DNA of 64,000 nucleotides from the human T2T-CHM13v2.0 reference genome, Homo sapiens (GCF_009914755.1 NC_060947.1); one strand, 5' to 3'; positions 1-24,700 are shown, counted from the first letter of the stretch. Notes: a model not told the origin generated them from the letters alone. Numbers and translations: made by a program.

Positions 1-1184
1 GATTTTCTATCTATGCCATCATATCTTCCACATACAATGAGTTTGTTTCATCATATTCAATCCTTACATATTTTCCTTCTTTTTCTCATCTTATTGCACT
101 GCTTAGGACAGCCAATATGTATAATCCTTCAGTCTGTCACTGTGATAAATTATATCAGTTTTCTAATGTATAAGCCAAACTTGCATTCCTAGCATAAATC
201 CAATTTGGATCCATATTGCTAATATTTTGTTTGGGATTTATGTTTATGAATAAAACGGGCCTATTATCTTCCTTTCTAATATTGTTCTTGTTGGGTTTGG
301 TTGTCAAGGTTATGCTATTATCATAAGATAATTGAATAACATTCCATCTTTTTCCATTTTCTGAAAGAATTTTTGCAAGGTTAATATTATTTCTCCTTTG
401 AAAAATTGGTAGAATATAGTTAGTGTAGCCATCTGGATCTGGATTTTTTAAATTAATAACCTTTTAACACTAAGTTTGGAAAATTAGGTAAAATGGATTA
501 ATCCCTGGTAAATACAACAAGAAAGAACATTTAATATTAATAAGTATCCTCATTTTTTATATTTTTATATTGGCAGAAATTTTTGTGGGATCTTTATTGA
601 TGTCCAGTTTTTTAAAGTTTCTGATATTATTTGTGCCTTCTTTTCATCTTGATTGCTCTTGCCAGAAGTTTGTCAATTTTCAAGGAACCAACTTTTGGTT
701 TTCTTTATTCTCTCTATTGTATGTTTCTTTTTTACTTCATTTACTTCATATCTTTATTATTTCCTTGCTTCTACTTCCTTTTGGTTTATTTTGCTGTTTC
801 ACTAGCTTCTTGAGACATACCTTAGCTCATTAATTGTCAGGCTTTCTTCTCTTCCAATATATGTTTTTAACGCTATACATTTCTTTCTAAATATTGCTTT
901 AGCTGATTCCCACATTTTAATATGTCATGCCTTGTTATCATTCAGTTTAAAATATTTTCTAATTTATGATTTCTTATTTGACACATGGGTTTAAAAGTAT
1001 AGTTCTTGATTCTAACATAGGAAGATTTTATAGTTATCTTTCTTATTTATATCAACTTTAATTGTATTGTGACCAGAAAACATGTTTTATATTATCTGAA
1101 ATTTGAGACTACTTTATTTGTAGCTTATTTGTAGCTTAAAATGGAAAATTCTAACATGTTTCCTTTGTGTGCTTACAAAGAATG
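1..1184 (-). mobile_element. Old degenerate L1M ORF2 fragments; the host continues after 7352
   Basis: T-rich antisense-L1-like text on both sides of the L1PA TSD. Confidence 0.6.
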
Positions 1185-1201
1185 TGTAATTTTGCAATTT
1201 C

Positions 1202-7335
<6,134 letters not shown>

Positions 7336-7460
7336 TGTAATTTTGCAATTTCAAGGTGCTATTTTCTAAATATGTCTATAAGATCAAACTTGTGAATCAT
7401 GTTAATTGTTCTATTTCTATACATTGTTCCATCAATTGACGAGAGATGTGTTAAAATCTA

Positions 7461-7676
<216 letters not shown>

Positions 7677-7862
7677 ATGAAATCACATTCTTAATCTTCA
7701 GCAATACTTTCTTGCTTTAAAGTCTATTTTTCTGCTATCAATAGAGCTGTAATCGATATCTTTTAGATATTTGCATAATTTCTTTTCCCATTTTTGTCTT
7801 GCTACTTTTCTGTATCTAATGTTTTAGATATGACTCATAAAATGCACACAATTTACTTTTGC

Positions 7863-7993
7863 TTTTTTTTTTTTTTTTTTAAAGAGACAAGTCTCACTAT
7901 CTTGTCCAGGCTGAACCTCCTGGGCTCAAGTGATCCTCCCACATCAGCATCCTAAGTAGCTGGGACTACAGGTGTGAGCCATCACACCCAGCT
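7863..7993 (-). mobile_element. FLAM/AluJ monomer
   Basis: Poly(T) followed by monomer text. Confidence 0.75.
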
Positions 7994-8482
7994 ACTTTTG
8001 CTTTTTTATCAATCTGACAATCTTTGTCTTTTAACTGAAATATTTGGTCCATTCATATTACATATGATTACTGTTATATTTCAATTTAAATATACCATCT
8101 TATCTTGCTATTTTTCCTACCTGTTTTATGTTTCTTTATCTCTCTTTGCTTGCTTTCATTTAGGTTTGCTGAGTATATTTTATCCTTTCATATTTTTTCT
8201 TCTACCATTTTGGGAGTCTTACATTGTGTGTATTTCTATTACTTACTGGCTATCCTATAAACTACAACATTAATCAAATTATGAAGGTTTAATATTAACA
8301 TCTTTACCTCCTAGATAATACATGGATTTTAGAATCCTTTATTCTATTTATCCACATGCTGACTTTTTTGCTGTTGTCATATGTTCTAAATTTTCACACG
8401 CACACCTGGCTTAAACAATAGAAATTTATTTTCTCACAGTTCTGGAGGCTACAAGTCCAAGATCAAGGGGTAGGCAGGCTTG

Positions 8483-8950
<468 letters not shown>

Positions 8951-10475
8951 TAGCTCACTGCACCCTTGTAACAAGAACTACAAGTGCACACTACCACACC
9001 TGGCTAAGGGTTGGTTTCTTGTAAGGCCTCTCTCGTTGGCTTGTAGGTGTCTGTCCTCTTTCTATATCTTCATGTGGTCGTCCCTCTGTGCCTGTCTGTG
9101 TCCTAATTTCCTCTTTTGCTTTAACGCATAAAAGATATTTTCATTAGGTTTTCTTTTTGAGAGAGGGGTTCACATTGTTTATTTTAGCATTGTGAAGACA
9201 TCATTCATTATTTTCTGATATTTGCTATTATTTAGAAATCAGCTGTCAGTTTGTTACTCATTATGGTAATGTACATGTCTTCTGACTTATCTATTGCAAA
9301 ATTCGCAAACATAAAATTTACCATTTTAACAATTTTAAAGTGTGAAGTTCAGTGCCATTTAGTACATTCACAATGTTATATAGCCATCACCACTATCTAG
9401 TTCCAGAACATTTCTATAACCCCAAAAGGAGATTCAATACTTATTAAGAAGCCACTCCACATTCACTCCTTCTGCCAGCTTCTGGCAACCACTAATCTGT
9501 TTTCTGTCTCTATGGATTTGCTATTCTGGGTATTTCATATAAGTGGAATGTGGCCTTTTGTGCCTGGCTGCTTTCACTTAGCATAATGCTTTCAAGGAGC
9601 ATCCATGTTTTAGCATGGATCAGTACTTTGATTTTTTATGAATAAATAATAGTCCATATATGGATAGACCACATTTTGTTTATCTGTTCATCACTTGATG
9701 AACATTTGAATTGTTTTCACCTGTTTGCTATTATGAATAGTACTTCTATATGCATTTGTATATTAGTTTTTGTTAGAGTGCCTGCTTTTAATTCTTTTGG
9801 GTCCACACCCAGGAGTAGAATTGCTGGGTCTATGTTAATTCTATGTTTTCCTTACTGAGGAACTGCCAAAATATTTTCTACAGTGGCTGCCCTATTTCAC
9901 ATTCTCATCATCAAGGAAGGTTCCAATTTCTTTATATTCTTGCTAACACTTGTTATTTTCCCGCTTGACATTTTGTTTTTGTTTTTTTTTTAATTTAGCC
10001 ATCCTAGCAGGTTTGAAATGCTATCTCATTGTGGTTTTGATTTGCATTTCCCTAATAACTAATGATGTTGTCTATCTTTTCATGAGTTTGTTGGATCCTT
10101 GTATATCTTCTTTGGAGAAGTTCCATTGAAGTCCTTTACCCATTTTAAAATTTGGTTGTCTTTCTGTTGTTGAGTTGTAAGAGTTCTTTTTATATTCTGG
10201 GATACTAGGCCCTTTATCAGATATATGATTTGCAATTTTTTTCTCCTATACTGTAGATCATCTTTTTACTTTCTTGATAGTGTTCTTTGATGTACAAAAG
10301 CTTTTAACTTTAAAGATGCCTACTATATATATTTTTATAGAGTTGTTGCTTGTGATTGTGGTGTCACATCTAAGAAACCATTGCCAAATCCAGTATCATA
10401 ACAATTTACCTCTTTGTTTTTTCTTACAGTTTTATGGTTTTAGCTTTTATATTTAGTTTTTTGATACATTTTTAG

Positions 10476-10775
<300 letters not shown>

Positions 10776-11176
10776 TGAGTTAAATTTTGTATATGGTAAA
10801 GATCCAACTTCATTCTTTTGCATGTGGATATCCAATTGTCCCAGCACCATTTGTTGAAGAGACTATTCTTTTCCCACAAAATGGTCTTGGCACTTTTATT
10901 GAAAATCAATTGACCATAGATGTATAGGCTTATTTCTGGACTCTCAATTCTATTCCATTGATCTATGTGTCTATATTTATGTAAGTACTGCCCTGTTTTG
11001 ATTCTTGTAGCTTTGTAGTAAGTTCTGAAATTGGGAAGTATGACTCCTCCAACGTTGTTCTTTTTCAAGATTGTTTTGGCTATTCAGGGTCCCTTGAAAT
11101 TCCATCTGAATTTTAGGATAGATTTTTCTATTCCTCAAAAAAAAAAATGTCTTTGGGATTCTGATAGAGAATGCTT

Positions 11177-11308
11177 TGAGGCCGGAGAATCGCTTGAGCC
11201 CAGGAAGCAGAGGTTATGGTGAGTGGAGATTGCACCACCACACTGCAGCCTGAGCGACAGAGTGAGACTCCGTCTCAAATCAAAAAACAAACAAACAAAC
11301 AAAAAAAC
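11177..11308 (+). mobile_element. Alu right arm
   Basis: Alu text with (CAAA)n tail; AGAATGCTT on both sides. Confidence 0.8.
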
Positions 11309-12992
11309 CCAGAATGCTTGCTTTGAATCTGCAAATGGTTTGTGGTAATATTCTTATCTTAAGAATATTATGTCTTCAAATCCATAAATCCAGGATGCCT
11401 TTTCATTTATTTAGTTATTTAATTTCTCTTTTAATTTTTAATTTTTAATTTTTTTCTAGTTGCTAATTTTCCATATTTGCTATCTTCAGACCAGACAGTT
11501 CTTTAGTTTCTTTCAACTGGGTTTTTTTGTTTTTAGTGGACAAGACTTGCACCTCCTTCGTTAAATTTATTCCTAAATATTGTATTATCTTTGATGCTAT
11601 TGTAAATAGACTTTTCTGTTTTCCTTTTCATATTTGTAATTGTTAGTATATAAAAATACAATTGATTTTTGCATGTTGACTTTGTAACCTGCAATGGTTT
11701 TTTTCAACTGCCTAATAATGTTGGATAATTTGTCTTTTATTTTCATGTTTCCATATGTTATTACTTTAAAGATTTTATACATAATTATTTCATATTATGT
11801 ATCCGATAATGTCAATATCTGGTGTTCTTCAAGTTTTAAATCTGAATTGATTGTTTCTGTTCACTTGTACTCAAGTTGTCTTGTTGTCTTGCATGTTTGC
11901 TGATCTATGTCTGTGATCTTATAATTTTAATATGTAGGAATCCTGGAGGCCTAAACTGGAGGTGCTTTTTTTCTAGAGTAGGTTGAGAATGGTTCTTCCA
12001 GGTGCCAGAGGATAATATTTATCTGCAACTTCTCTAGCTTCCTTCTGGGATTCATGACAATGCAGAATTCTCACACTGAGTTCTCCTTGCATTTTGCTCA
12101 AGGCTTAGTCTTCCAGTAACAACATTAATATGGGCATTCTGTCTGAGGAAAGGTCTTCCTTTTTATATTTGCTCATTATTCACCTCTCCGCTATGATTTC
12201 AGCTCATTATTTTAAAATAGAAGTTTGTGGGGGTTTTTGTTGATGGGGAGGCTGGAGATTCCCCTTTCTTTGCTAAATACAACAATGCATTGTCAGTGAT
12301 ATAGCCTTTTTTATTGTTGTACAATATACATAAAATTTACCATTTTAATCATTTTTAAGTGTACAATTTAGTGGTATTAAGTATACTCACAATATTGTGC
12401 ACCCATTACCACTATCCATTTCCAGAACTTTTTCATCACCCCAAACAGAAACTCTGTACTCATTAAAAATAACTCTCCATTTCTTCCCCATTCCAAGACC
12501 CTGGTAACCTCTTTTCTACTTTCTGTCTTTATGAATTTGCCTGCTCTAGATACCTCATTATGGTGGTTAATTTTATGTGTCAACTTGACTGGGCCATGGG
12601 GTGCCCATATATTTGATTAAACTTTATTTTATGTGTGTCTGTGAGAGTGTTTTTTGGTGAGATTAACATTTGAATTGGTAGACTAAGTAAAGCAGATTGT
12701 TCTCCCCAGTGTGGGTAGAACTTATCCAATCAGTTGAAGGCCTAAATATAACAAAAAGGCTTACTGTCCTCTTAGTAAGAGACAGTTCCTTCTATTTGAC
12801 TACCTTTAAACTGGGACTTCAGTTTTTTTCCTGCCTTTGGGCTCGAACTAAAACATTTTAACTCTTTCTGGGTCTGTAGCCTGCTGGTCTTTGAACTGGA
12901 ACTACGAATCAGCTCTCTGGGGTCTCTAGGCTGCCAACTCACCCTGCAGATCTTGAGACTTGGCAGACTCCATAATCACATGAGCTAATTCC

Positions 12993-12993
<1 letters not shown>

Positions 12994-13025
<32 letters not shown>
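12994..13025. repeat. (TG)16 microsatellite in the 5' MLT2 LTR
   Basis: Direct count. Confidence 0.9.
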
Positions 13026-13030
<5 letters not shown>

Positions 13031-13144
13031 ATCTCCTCTTGGTTCTGGTTTTGTTTCTTTGGGAACCATGACTAATACAGATTTTCACACCAAGAGTGAT
13101 TCTAAAGGAACAGAATTTTAAGGATAAATTTTATAAATTTGTTA

Positions 13145-13573
<429 letters not shown>

Positions 13574-16251
13574 CTACTTTTAAGAAGCAAGGGTCTTGGT
13601 GACTATGTATATTGACACTTGTGAACATATTTGTCAAACTAATGAATATGATGGGATTAGTCGGTTGCTCCTAATGTTGCTGGAAAAAGTGATGAAAGAA
13701 AAGGAGGAGCTCAGGAATTTGAATTCCCAGCTCAAGAGCTGCATAAATGACTTGACAGATTCTATGTATGCCCTGAAGGAGACCCTTATCTACTGTAGCC
13801 ACAGAGCTGAGATTGCTGAAAATCAAATGCCAAATCTCATCCTGTGACTAACTGAATTACAAAGCAAGCCAAACTCCCAGCTTTGCAGGGTGTCTACTGT
13901 TAAAGCAAGGGCAGTGATTGGGAAAGAATGGGGCACTACAAGTTGGATTAGGTATGTGTGGAAGACCCTGATTAAGCTGGGGACATTGAGCTCCTAAATA
14001 TTGATGAGTCTTCTTTGTCAGTGAAAGTTTTCTCTCCAGCCCTGTGGTGGCAGTATCTCTACTCCAGTCTAAGTGGATTAACCCTGCACTGCCTGAGGAA
14101 ACTGTAATGGCTTCCCCTGAGGCAACTGCCATGCAAGATAATGCTGATTCCCTTCAGGACCCACCCTACCACCCCTCTTTGTTATTAGATCTATAACTAC
14201 ACTCAAGTCCCAGCAGGCGAGGTGAGGTATGAAGGTGACCCATGACAAGGTGCACTACACTCCAAAATCATGACTTGAGTTTTCTAATTTACACAAGCAG
14301 GAATCCAGAGAATATGTATAGGAATGGGTACTAAGGATGTGAGATAACGGTGGAAGGCACGTAAAGTTGGATTAGGCCAAATTTATTGACATGGGCCCAC
14401 TAAGCAGAGATTCTGGACTTAATGTTGCATCTCAGGGAATTAGGAAGGCCTCTAACAGTTTAATTGGTTGGCTGAAACACAGACCAAAAGATGGCCCACA
14501 GTGAGCAAACTAGAAATTTCAGACTTGCCCTGGTTTAATGTAGAAGAAAGGAGATTGAAATGCTAGAGTGAATTTGTCATTTAAGACATACTCACCAACA
14601 CTGGGAGAGTTCAGAAGACACAGATCTCACTATTACTTTGAGGAATAAATTTGTGAGGGGAACCTCAGCATCCTTGAAGGGCTCTGTGATCACTCTTCTC
14701 TGTAGGTGACACCTTACAGCAGGACCTGCAGTCACTGAATTAGAAAACCTAAATACAATGGGAATAATTGGATCCTGGGGTGGAAGGGGCCAATGGGCAG
14801 CACTCAACTGCCAAAGGCAAGGTAAGTGTGGTTACCATAAGGGACAGCAGAGTCAAAGCAGCAGTTAGAATAGTATGACTTGCACAGACCTATGGTGTTG
14901 GCTAGTAGATTATAGTGTTCCTAGATGTGATATAGATAGAATGCCTACCAAATTCTTGAACTGCATAAGTGGAAAAGTTCTAGGTCAAGTGAACAAAAGT
15001 CTAACCTGAATAATAAAAACAGAGTCACGGCCTCTCAATCAATTCCCAGACTTGAGCAGGTTTACAGACCCAGCACTCCTTGAATGAAGGGGAGGCTCAG
15101 TCTCCTTGAGGAAGGACTCTGGTACACTGCCAAGAATACTGCCACTCTTTCTCTCAGCCTTCCCCAAAGGGACATATGGCCTTTCTATCAGAATAAATGT
15201 GCACTGAAGAAAAATAATTAATCAGACCTTTCAGGGACTACTGGACAATGGCTCTGAACTGGCACTAATTTCAGGAGACCCAAAATGTCACTGTGGTCCA
15301 CCAGTCAGAGTATGGGCTTATGGAGGGTCAAATGATCAATGGAATTTTAGCTCAAGTCCATCTCAAAGTGGATGCAGAGGATCTGTGAGACTATCTTGTG
15401 GTTATTTCCCCAGTCCTGGAATGCGTAATTGGAACAGATATATTGAGCAGCTAGCAGGATCTTCACATTGGTTCCCTGACCTATGGAGCAGGGGCTACTG
15501 TAGTGAGAAATCCTCCTGTAATCCTCTGTGAATAACTGTTCTCCTTTTGTGAGATAGCTCTTGGCCTACTACTGGGCCTTAGTAGATACTGAATGCTTAG
15601 CCACAGACCACCAAGTTGCCATGTGACCTGAACTGCCCATCATGAACTAGGTGTTATCTGACCCACCAAGCCATAAAGTTGGGTATGAACAATGGCACTC
15701 CATCATCAAATGGAAGTGGTATATACATGATCATGTCTGAGCAGGTACTGAAAACACATGTAAATTACATGAAGAAGTAGCCCAAATGTCCATGGTGCCT
15801 GTTTCTGCTACCCTGCCTTCTCTCTCCCAGCCTGCACTTATGGCCCCATTGGGAGTTCCCTATGATCAGTTTACAGAGGAAGAGGAGTCTTGGGCCTGGT
15901 TTACAGACGGTTCTGCACGATATGCAGGTACTACACAAAAGTGGACAGTCCCGATCTGAGATACCCATGAAGGACAGTGGGCAGAATTTTAGGCAGTGTA
16001 CCTGGTTGTGGACTTTGCTTAGAAGGAGAAATGGCCAGGTGTGCAATTATATGTCAAGTAATGGGCTGTAGTCAGTGCTTTGTCCAGATAGGGACTTGGA
16101 AGGAACATGATTAGAAAACAGGTGACAAAGAAATTTGGGGAAGAGGTATGTGGACAGATCTCTCTGAATGGGCAAAGGATGTGAATATATTTATGTCCCA
16201 TGTGAGTGCTCAACGAAGGGTGACCTCAGCAGATAAGGATTTCAATAATCA

Positions 16252-16587
<336 letters not shown>

Positions 16588-17669
16588 TCATCCTTTTTAC
16601 TCAGCCACCTATGTCACTGCCTGATGGGCTCATGAACAAAGTAGCCATGGTGGCAGGGATAGAGGCTATGCATGGGCTCAGCAACATGGACTTCTATTCA
16701 ACAAGGCTGACCTGGCTATGGCCACTGCTAAGTGCCCAATCTGCCAGCAGTAGAGACAAACACAGAGTCCTCAGTATGGCAGTATTTCCCAGGATGATCA
16801 GCCAGCTATCTGGCAGCAGGTTGATTACATTGGAATATGTTCATCATGGAAGGGGCAGCGTTTTGTCCTTCCTGGAAGGAAACTGAACTACTGCTTCACA
16901 ATGGAGGTATGGAAGAGTGTGTCTGGAATACAATAGATCCCTTAGAGTGTCTCTTAGTATTACCAGGCCCTATGATTCTGGTCAATGGGAAACTACAGCA
17001 ACCCAATCCATGCAGGACTACTAGTGGCCCAGGCTCTTCAGGAATAAAGGTTTGGGTCACCTCATCAGGTAAAGAACCACAATCAGCTGAGATGCTTGCT
17101 GAAGGCAAAGTCAATACAGAATGGGTAGTAGAAGAAGGTAGTTATCAATACCAGCCAAGTTTTGTTATATCATGTTAGGTGGAATTATGACCTCATTTTT
17201 GTCTCTACTTAGAGATAAAGGAGATGTGTATGATGGGTGCTACATTGACAAGGGGTGGACTTGTCATGGTTAATTTTATGTATCTACTTTACTTGGTCAT
17301 AAGGTGCCCAGATATTTACTCAAACATTATTCTGGTTATTTCTGTGAAGGTGTTTTTGAATGGGATTAACATCGAAGTCAGTAGACTGAGTAAAGCAGAT
17401 TGCTCTCCCTAATGTGGGAGGCATCATCCAATTAGTTGAAGGCCTGAATAGAACAAAAAGACTGAGTCTTCCCCAAGTAAGAAAGTATTCTTGCTGCCTG
17501 ACTGCCTTTGGACTGGAACATCAGCTTTTTCCTGCTTTCAGTCTTGAACTAAAACAGTTTAGCTCATCCAGAGAGACAGAGAGAGAGAGACAGACAGACA
17601 GAATCTCCTATTGGTTCTATTTCTTTGGATATCCCTGACTAACACACTCATATAAGTAGAATCATATAA

Positions 17670-18009
<340 letters not shown>

Positions 18010-18785
18010 TTCACTTAGCATATTTTGAAAGTTCATCATGTTGTGGCACTAATCAGAGATATAACCTTTTTTAAATGGGAATTTTTCTTCTAGAATATCC
18101 AATGTCTAGACTTCAGTTCACCAAACTGCCAGTTTGGTGAAGTCTTTCATCCAGCCTTGATGGATAAGGGAATTCTTCTTGGACATGATGTTTACCTGAG
18201 ACTTAACGAATGAGTCAGGTGAAAGTGGCAGTAGAGGGTAGCTAGAAAAATGTTCCAGGTAGAAGAAATAGTATCTATTTAAAAGCCTGGTATGAGATAT
18301 AATGGCTGTATTTAGTGACCTGAGAATTTCTTAGTATGGATGGAGCTTAAAGAGCCAAGTGGCAAGAGACTGTATTAGAGAGATTGGTAAGGACCACATC
18401 ATGGTTAATTCTTGGTGAAAAAAGAATATAAAAAATACCAAAGAGAGGAACTATTCCTTCCCCCATTACTCATGGGGTGATAAGACTTTATGTCATGTCT
18501 TTTAATCAGGACAATTTGTTGAATTATCCAGCAAACCCAGATTAAGAATGAAGACTTCCTGGACCACTAAACTTAAAGGTCAAAAAGGCTTGGGAATCAA
18601 GGTGCTGATGAGGAGAATTAACTCTTGGATCTACTCTGCCCTTTTCTCAGTATTTTACCTTTTTCTTAAAGTCACTGTGTTCTCTCAGAATGCCTTTTAC
18701 AATGTCTTGCTACCATAGGTACTTAATAAATTTTGCTCTGAAAATTTGGTCATATATCAACCTTTTTATGTTATGTTAAGCTCTA

Positions 18786-19058
<273 letters not shown>

Positions 19059-19115
19059 TTACTCCCAGAAATTCCCAAATCCCTCTTAACCATACCACAG
19101 CACTTCTCACTCTAC

Positions 19116-19676
19116 TTTCTTTTTTGAGACGGAGTCTTGCTCTGTCACCCAGGCTGTAGTGCAATGGCATGATCTCAGCTCACTGAACCTCTGCCTCCCG
19201 AGTTCAACCGATTCTCCTGCCTCAGCTTCCCGAGTAGCTGTGGTTACAGGTGCCCACCACCATGTCCAGATAATTTTATATTTTTAGTAGAGATGAGGTT
19301 TCACCAGGTTGGCCAGGCTGGTCTTGAACTCCTGACTTCAGGTGATCTGCCACCTAGGCCTCCCAAAGTGCTAGGATTACAGGCGTGAGCCACTCTGCCC
19401 GGCCTCCTTCCTTCCTTCCTTTCTTTCTTTTTCTTCCTTCCTTCTTTCCTTTCTTTCTCTCTCTCTCTCTCTCTGCCTCTTTCAGACAGAGTCAGGCACT
19501 GTTGCCTGGGCTGGAGTGCAATAGCATGATCTCAGCTCACTGCAACCTCCGCCTCCCAGGTTCATGCGATTATCCTGCCTCAGCAAAAGAGTGATCTAGA
19601 ACTCCTGACCTTGTGATCGGCCCGCCTCAGCCTCCCAAAGTGCTGGGATTACAGGCATGAGCCACCGCACCCAGCC
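19116..19676 (-). mobile_element. Two tandem Alus (19116-19404; internally deleted 19481-19676) separated by a CT-rich tract
   Basis: Alu consensus text. Confidence 0.85.
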
Positions 19677-20101
19677 TCCACTTTCTATTGGCTAGTCAGT
19701 CTCTCTTATTCAACTCTAAGCAACTTCAGGGCCAAAATTTTTCACAATTCACCTTTGTATCCCTAGGCTCATCCTAGGGATACTAAGATGTGCAGTAAAT
19801 GTTTACTTTTCATTGATGTAATGAGAAACCTGGAAAGAAAGCTAATTGTTGATATTTATCTGTAAAATGGACTTTAGCTTCTACAATTCTTTGACAGATA
19901 TTAGCTCAGTACTAGATATAGAGATTCTTCTTCCAGGAGGTTCAATTAGAGATCATTTCCCCCAAATGCCTGTGTGGTTGTCTGCCCATAACCAAACTTC
20001 CTTGACACACTTTTTAGAACTAACAGTTGACAGAAATACCTCAGAAGAAACAGTCAAGGCCTTCCCCGATTTTTTCCCCAACCACTGCTCTGAGTCAGTT
20101 A

Positions 20102-20275
<174 letters not shown>

Positions 20276-20393
20276 TCAAAGAAAAGAAAAAAGAAGGTTA
20301 TCACAAGGACATGCTTCAGCCTCAGTTATACTGAGCAGCTTCCACTGATATTCTAGGGCTACTGTCATCATAATATCATTTCTCAGGTTTTAA

Positions 20394-20733
<340 letters not shown>

Positions 20734-20814
20734 AATTCTGTTATTGCTATCTGTTTTCCAGCCAGCTCTTCCCACTTTGTGTGACTCTTTAATTTTCTTT
20801 GTTTCTTTTCTTCT

Positions 20815-21343
20815 TCTACTTTTATTTTAGATTCTAGGGGTACATGGGTAGGTTTGTTGCATGGGTAAATTGCATGTCACTGAGGCTTGGTGTATGAATG
20901 ATCCCCTCACTCAGGTAGTGAGTGCAGTACACAATACATAACCTTCTAACCCACACCCCCCTCCCAACCTCTCCCCTCCTGAGTGTCCATCATTGTGTCC
21001 ATGTGCATTTAATGTTTAGCTCCCACTTATGAGAACACATGATATTTGGTTTTCTGTTCCTGCATTAGTTCATTTATGATAATGGCCTCTAGCTGCATCT
21101 ATGTTGCTGAAAAGGACATGATCTCATTCTTTTTTATGGCTGCATAGTATTCCATGGTATGTATGTACCACATTTTCTTTATCCAATCTGTTGTTGATGG
21201 GCATTTAGGTTGACTCCATGCCTTTGCTATTGTGAATAGTGCTGAAATGAACATATGCGTGCATGTGTCTTTATGACAGAATGATTTATATTCCTTTGAT
21301 TATATACCCAGTGATGGGACTGCTGGGTTGAATGGTATTTCTG
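20815..21343 (-). mobile_element. 5'-truncated older L1PA/L1PB 3' UTR fragment in intron 23
   Basis: L1 3' UTR text such as GGCTGCATAGTATTCCATGG. Confidence 0.8.
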
Positions 21344-21446
21344 GGTTTGCCCAGGACTATGCTGGTTTTAGCACTGACAATTTTGTGTCCTGATACCGGG
21401 AACCCCTCCCCCAGTCTCAGGATAACTAGAACAGTTAGTCACCCTA

Positions 21447-21713
<267 letters not shown>

Positions 21714-24700
21714 CTAATTTGCTTTGTGCGTTTCTCAACAGCATCCAACATCTACATAAGACAACTATGGTTAGATGGATGTTACGATGGTAGACACAAA
21801 GGAGGAAAGCACCAAGAAGAAGTGGGAACAAAGGAAATTATTAGGTCTGGGGCAAGTGAAGTTATTTTCTACTTTGAGTTCCTGTAAAAGGCTCATAAAA
21901 GTTGAGGAAGCCATTTGGGCTCTGCTACTCCAGCATGGTCCACAGACCAGGAGTAGCAGCATCACCTGAGGGCAATTCAAAATGCAGCATCAGGAGAACG
22001 GTATCAGTGAGTTGATGGGATAGGAGGTCCCTAGCTCTTGTTCCCCCACAGGAACAATAATTTGACAATGATCTATGGACAAAAGTGTCTTTGTGGGAGC
22101 CTTGGGATTCAGGTAGGAGGTTGAGAAACCCTGGTAGAGCTCAAGAACAAAGATGAATACTTTAATAAGGCAGGCCCACATTCTAGCGGCAGGCCTGTCA
22201 ACTGTAGTTCTGGTTGTGGACCCAGAAGCAGCCCACCACCCTGGGGACTTAGCTCCAGAGTTGTTTGTATGTGGTCCTACCACTATCCCTATCTGCCCAG
22301 GAATCTGGGAGGAGCAACTCCCATTGGCAACCCCAGTAACAGGGCTCCCAACTGTGGACTCTGAAGCAGCCCTGTACCTAAAGCAGCTTCAGTACCACAC
22401 TACCATGGTCTTGGGGAAGTTTTGCCTACTTAGGAAACAGGTGGGAGTCATGCCAGTCCACCTCTGGAAGCAGGCCCACCAACTAGACCTGACTGTGGAC
22501 TCAGAAGTAACCCTGTGAGCCAACTCCAGTCTTGCTGTACCATGTTCTGGAGACAGTCCTGCCTGAATCCACACTTACCTGTGCCCCCATAACAGGCCCA
22601 CTGACTGTGGGCCCAAGTGGGGACCCTGAAGCAGCCCTTTGACCCAGCTCCAGGCCCACTGCATCATGGTCTGCAGGCAGTCCTGCCCACTCAAGGACCC
22701 AGTGAGAGCTACACCTATCCAAAGCCCTGGTAATGGGCCCATTGTCTGAGTACCCAACTTCAGACCAGAAGAGGTGTCAGCTCACTCCAATGCACAGATA
22801 CCAATGCTAGGCTATGTGGATCATGAAGAATCAGGCAAATATGACATCACCAAAGGGAACTAATAAAGCTCCAGTAACCAACCCTGAAGAAATGGAGATT
22901 CATGAAATTTTTGACAAAGAATTCAAAATAATCATTTAAAGAAGCTCAATTAGCTACAAGAGGATACAGGAAGACGACTAACAAAATGAGGAAAACAATA
23001 CATGAACAACATTAGAAGTTTAATAAAGAAATAAAAACCATAAAAAAGAACCAAATAAAAATCCTGTAGCTAAAGAATATTGCTGAATATAGCTGAAGAA
23101 TGACTGAACTAAAAAATTTAATAGCGATCTTTAATAGCAGACTCAATCATTCAGAAGAAAGAATTTGTAAACTTGAAGACAAGTCATTTGAAATTATCTA
23201 GTTAGCGGAATAAAAAGAACAATGAGAAAGAGTGAAGGAAGAACAGAGGACTTATGGGACATCATCAAGCAAAATGATAGATGCATTATAGAAATCTTAA
23301 AAGGAGAAGAGAGAGAGAAAGGAAACTTATTTAAAGAAATAATAGGTGAGAACTCCCCAAATCTATGGAGGGGAAGTGCCATCTGGATTCATTAAGCCCA
23401 AAGATAACCAAATACATTAAACCCACAGAAGTCTACAGTGAGATGCATTATAATTAAATTTTCAACAAAGACAAAAGAGAATTTTGGGGTAGTAAGAAGA
23501 AAGTGAATTGTCACCTATAGGGGAGCTCCATAAGACTATGAGTGGATATCTCAGCAGAAACCTTGCAGGTCAGGAAAGAGTGGGATGATATATTCAAAGT
23601 ACTGAGAGAAAAAAATCCAATCAACAATACTTTATCTGGAAAAACTGTCCTTTAAGAATGAACACAAAGATAAAGCCTTTCTCAAACAAAAACTGAGGGG
23701 GTTTGTCACCATGAGACCTGCCTTATAAGAAGTGCTAATAGTTCTTCAAGTTGAAATAAAAAAAAAACAGTAACACAAAAGCATATGAATCCTTTCACTG
23801 CTAAAGGTAAATATAAAGAGAAACATAGACTATTGTAACACTATAATGATTGTTATAAATCACTATTAATATTAATTTATAAATTAAAAGACAAAAATAG
23901 TAATAGTAACTATAGTGACAGAAATTTGTCAATGGAAACACAATATAGAAGGAAGTAAAATATGACGTCGATTACATAAAGTTGTGGCGGGGGGAATGAG
24001 TAAAGTATAGAGTTTCTGTATGTGATTGAAGGTGTTGTCAGCTTAAAACAGACTGCCATAACTATAAAGTGTTCAATTTGATCCCTGTGGTAACCCCCCC
24101 GACCGCCCCCCCACACAGTAGATATACAGAAGATAAAGAGAAAAGAATCAAAACACATCCAAGCAAAAATCATCAAACCACAAAGAAAGAAAAAGAGGAA
24201 AGGAACAAGAAAACTACAAAACAGAAAACTATTAACAGAATGGCAACAGAAAGTCCTAACCTATCAATAATTACTTTAAGTGTAAATTGACTAAACTCCC
24301 CAGTCAAAAGACACAGAGTAACTGAATGGGCTTTTTAAAAAGCCAACAATTCAGAGATGGGAAGTAAGAAACAAAAATAAACAGGACCCAACTACATGTT
24401 GTTGATAACAGACTCACTTTTGATTTAAGGACATACATAGGCTGAAAGTGAAGGGGTGGAGAAAGTTATGCCATGCAAACTGTAACCAAAAGAGAGCAGG
24501 GGTGGCTATACTTGTATGAGAAAAAATAGTCTTTAAGTAAAAAACTGTGACATGAGACATAGAAGGTCATTATATAATAAAAGGGTCACTTGAACAGGAA
24601 GATGTAATAATTATAAATATATATGTACCCAACACGAAAGTACCTAAATATATAAAGCAAACATTGACAGACATGGAAGGAGAAATAGATAACAATATAA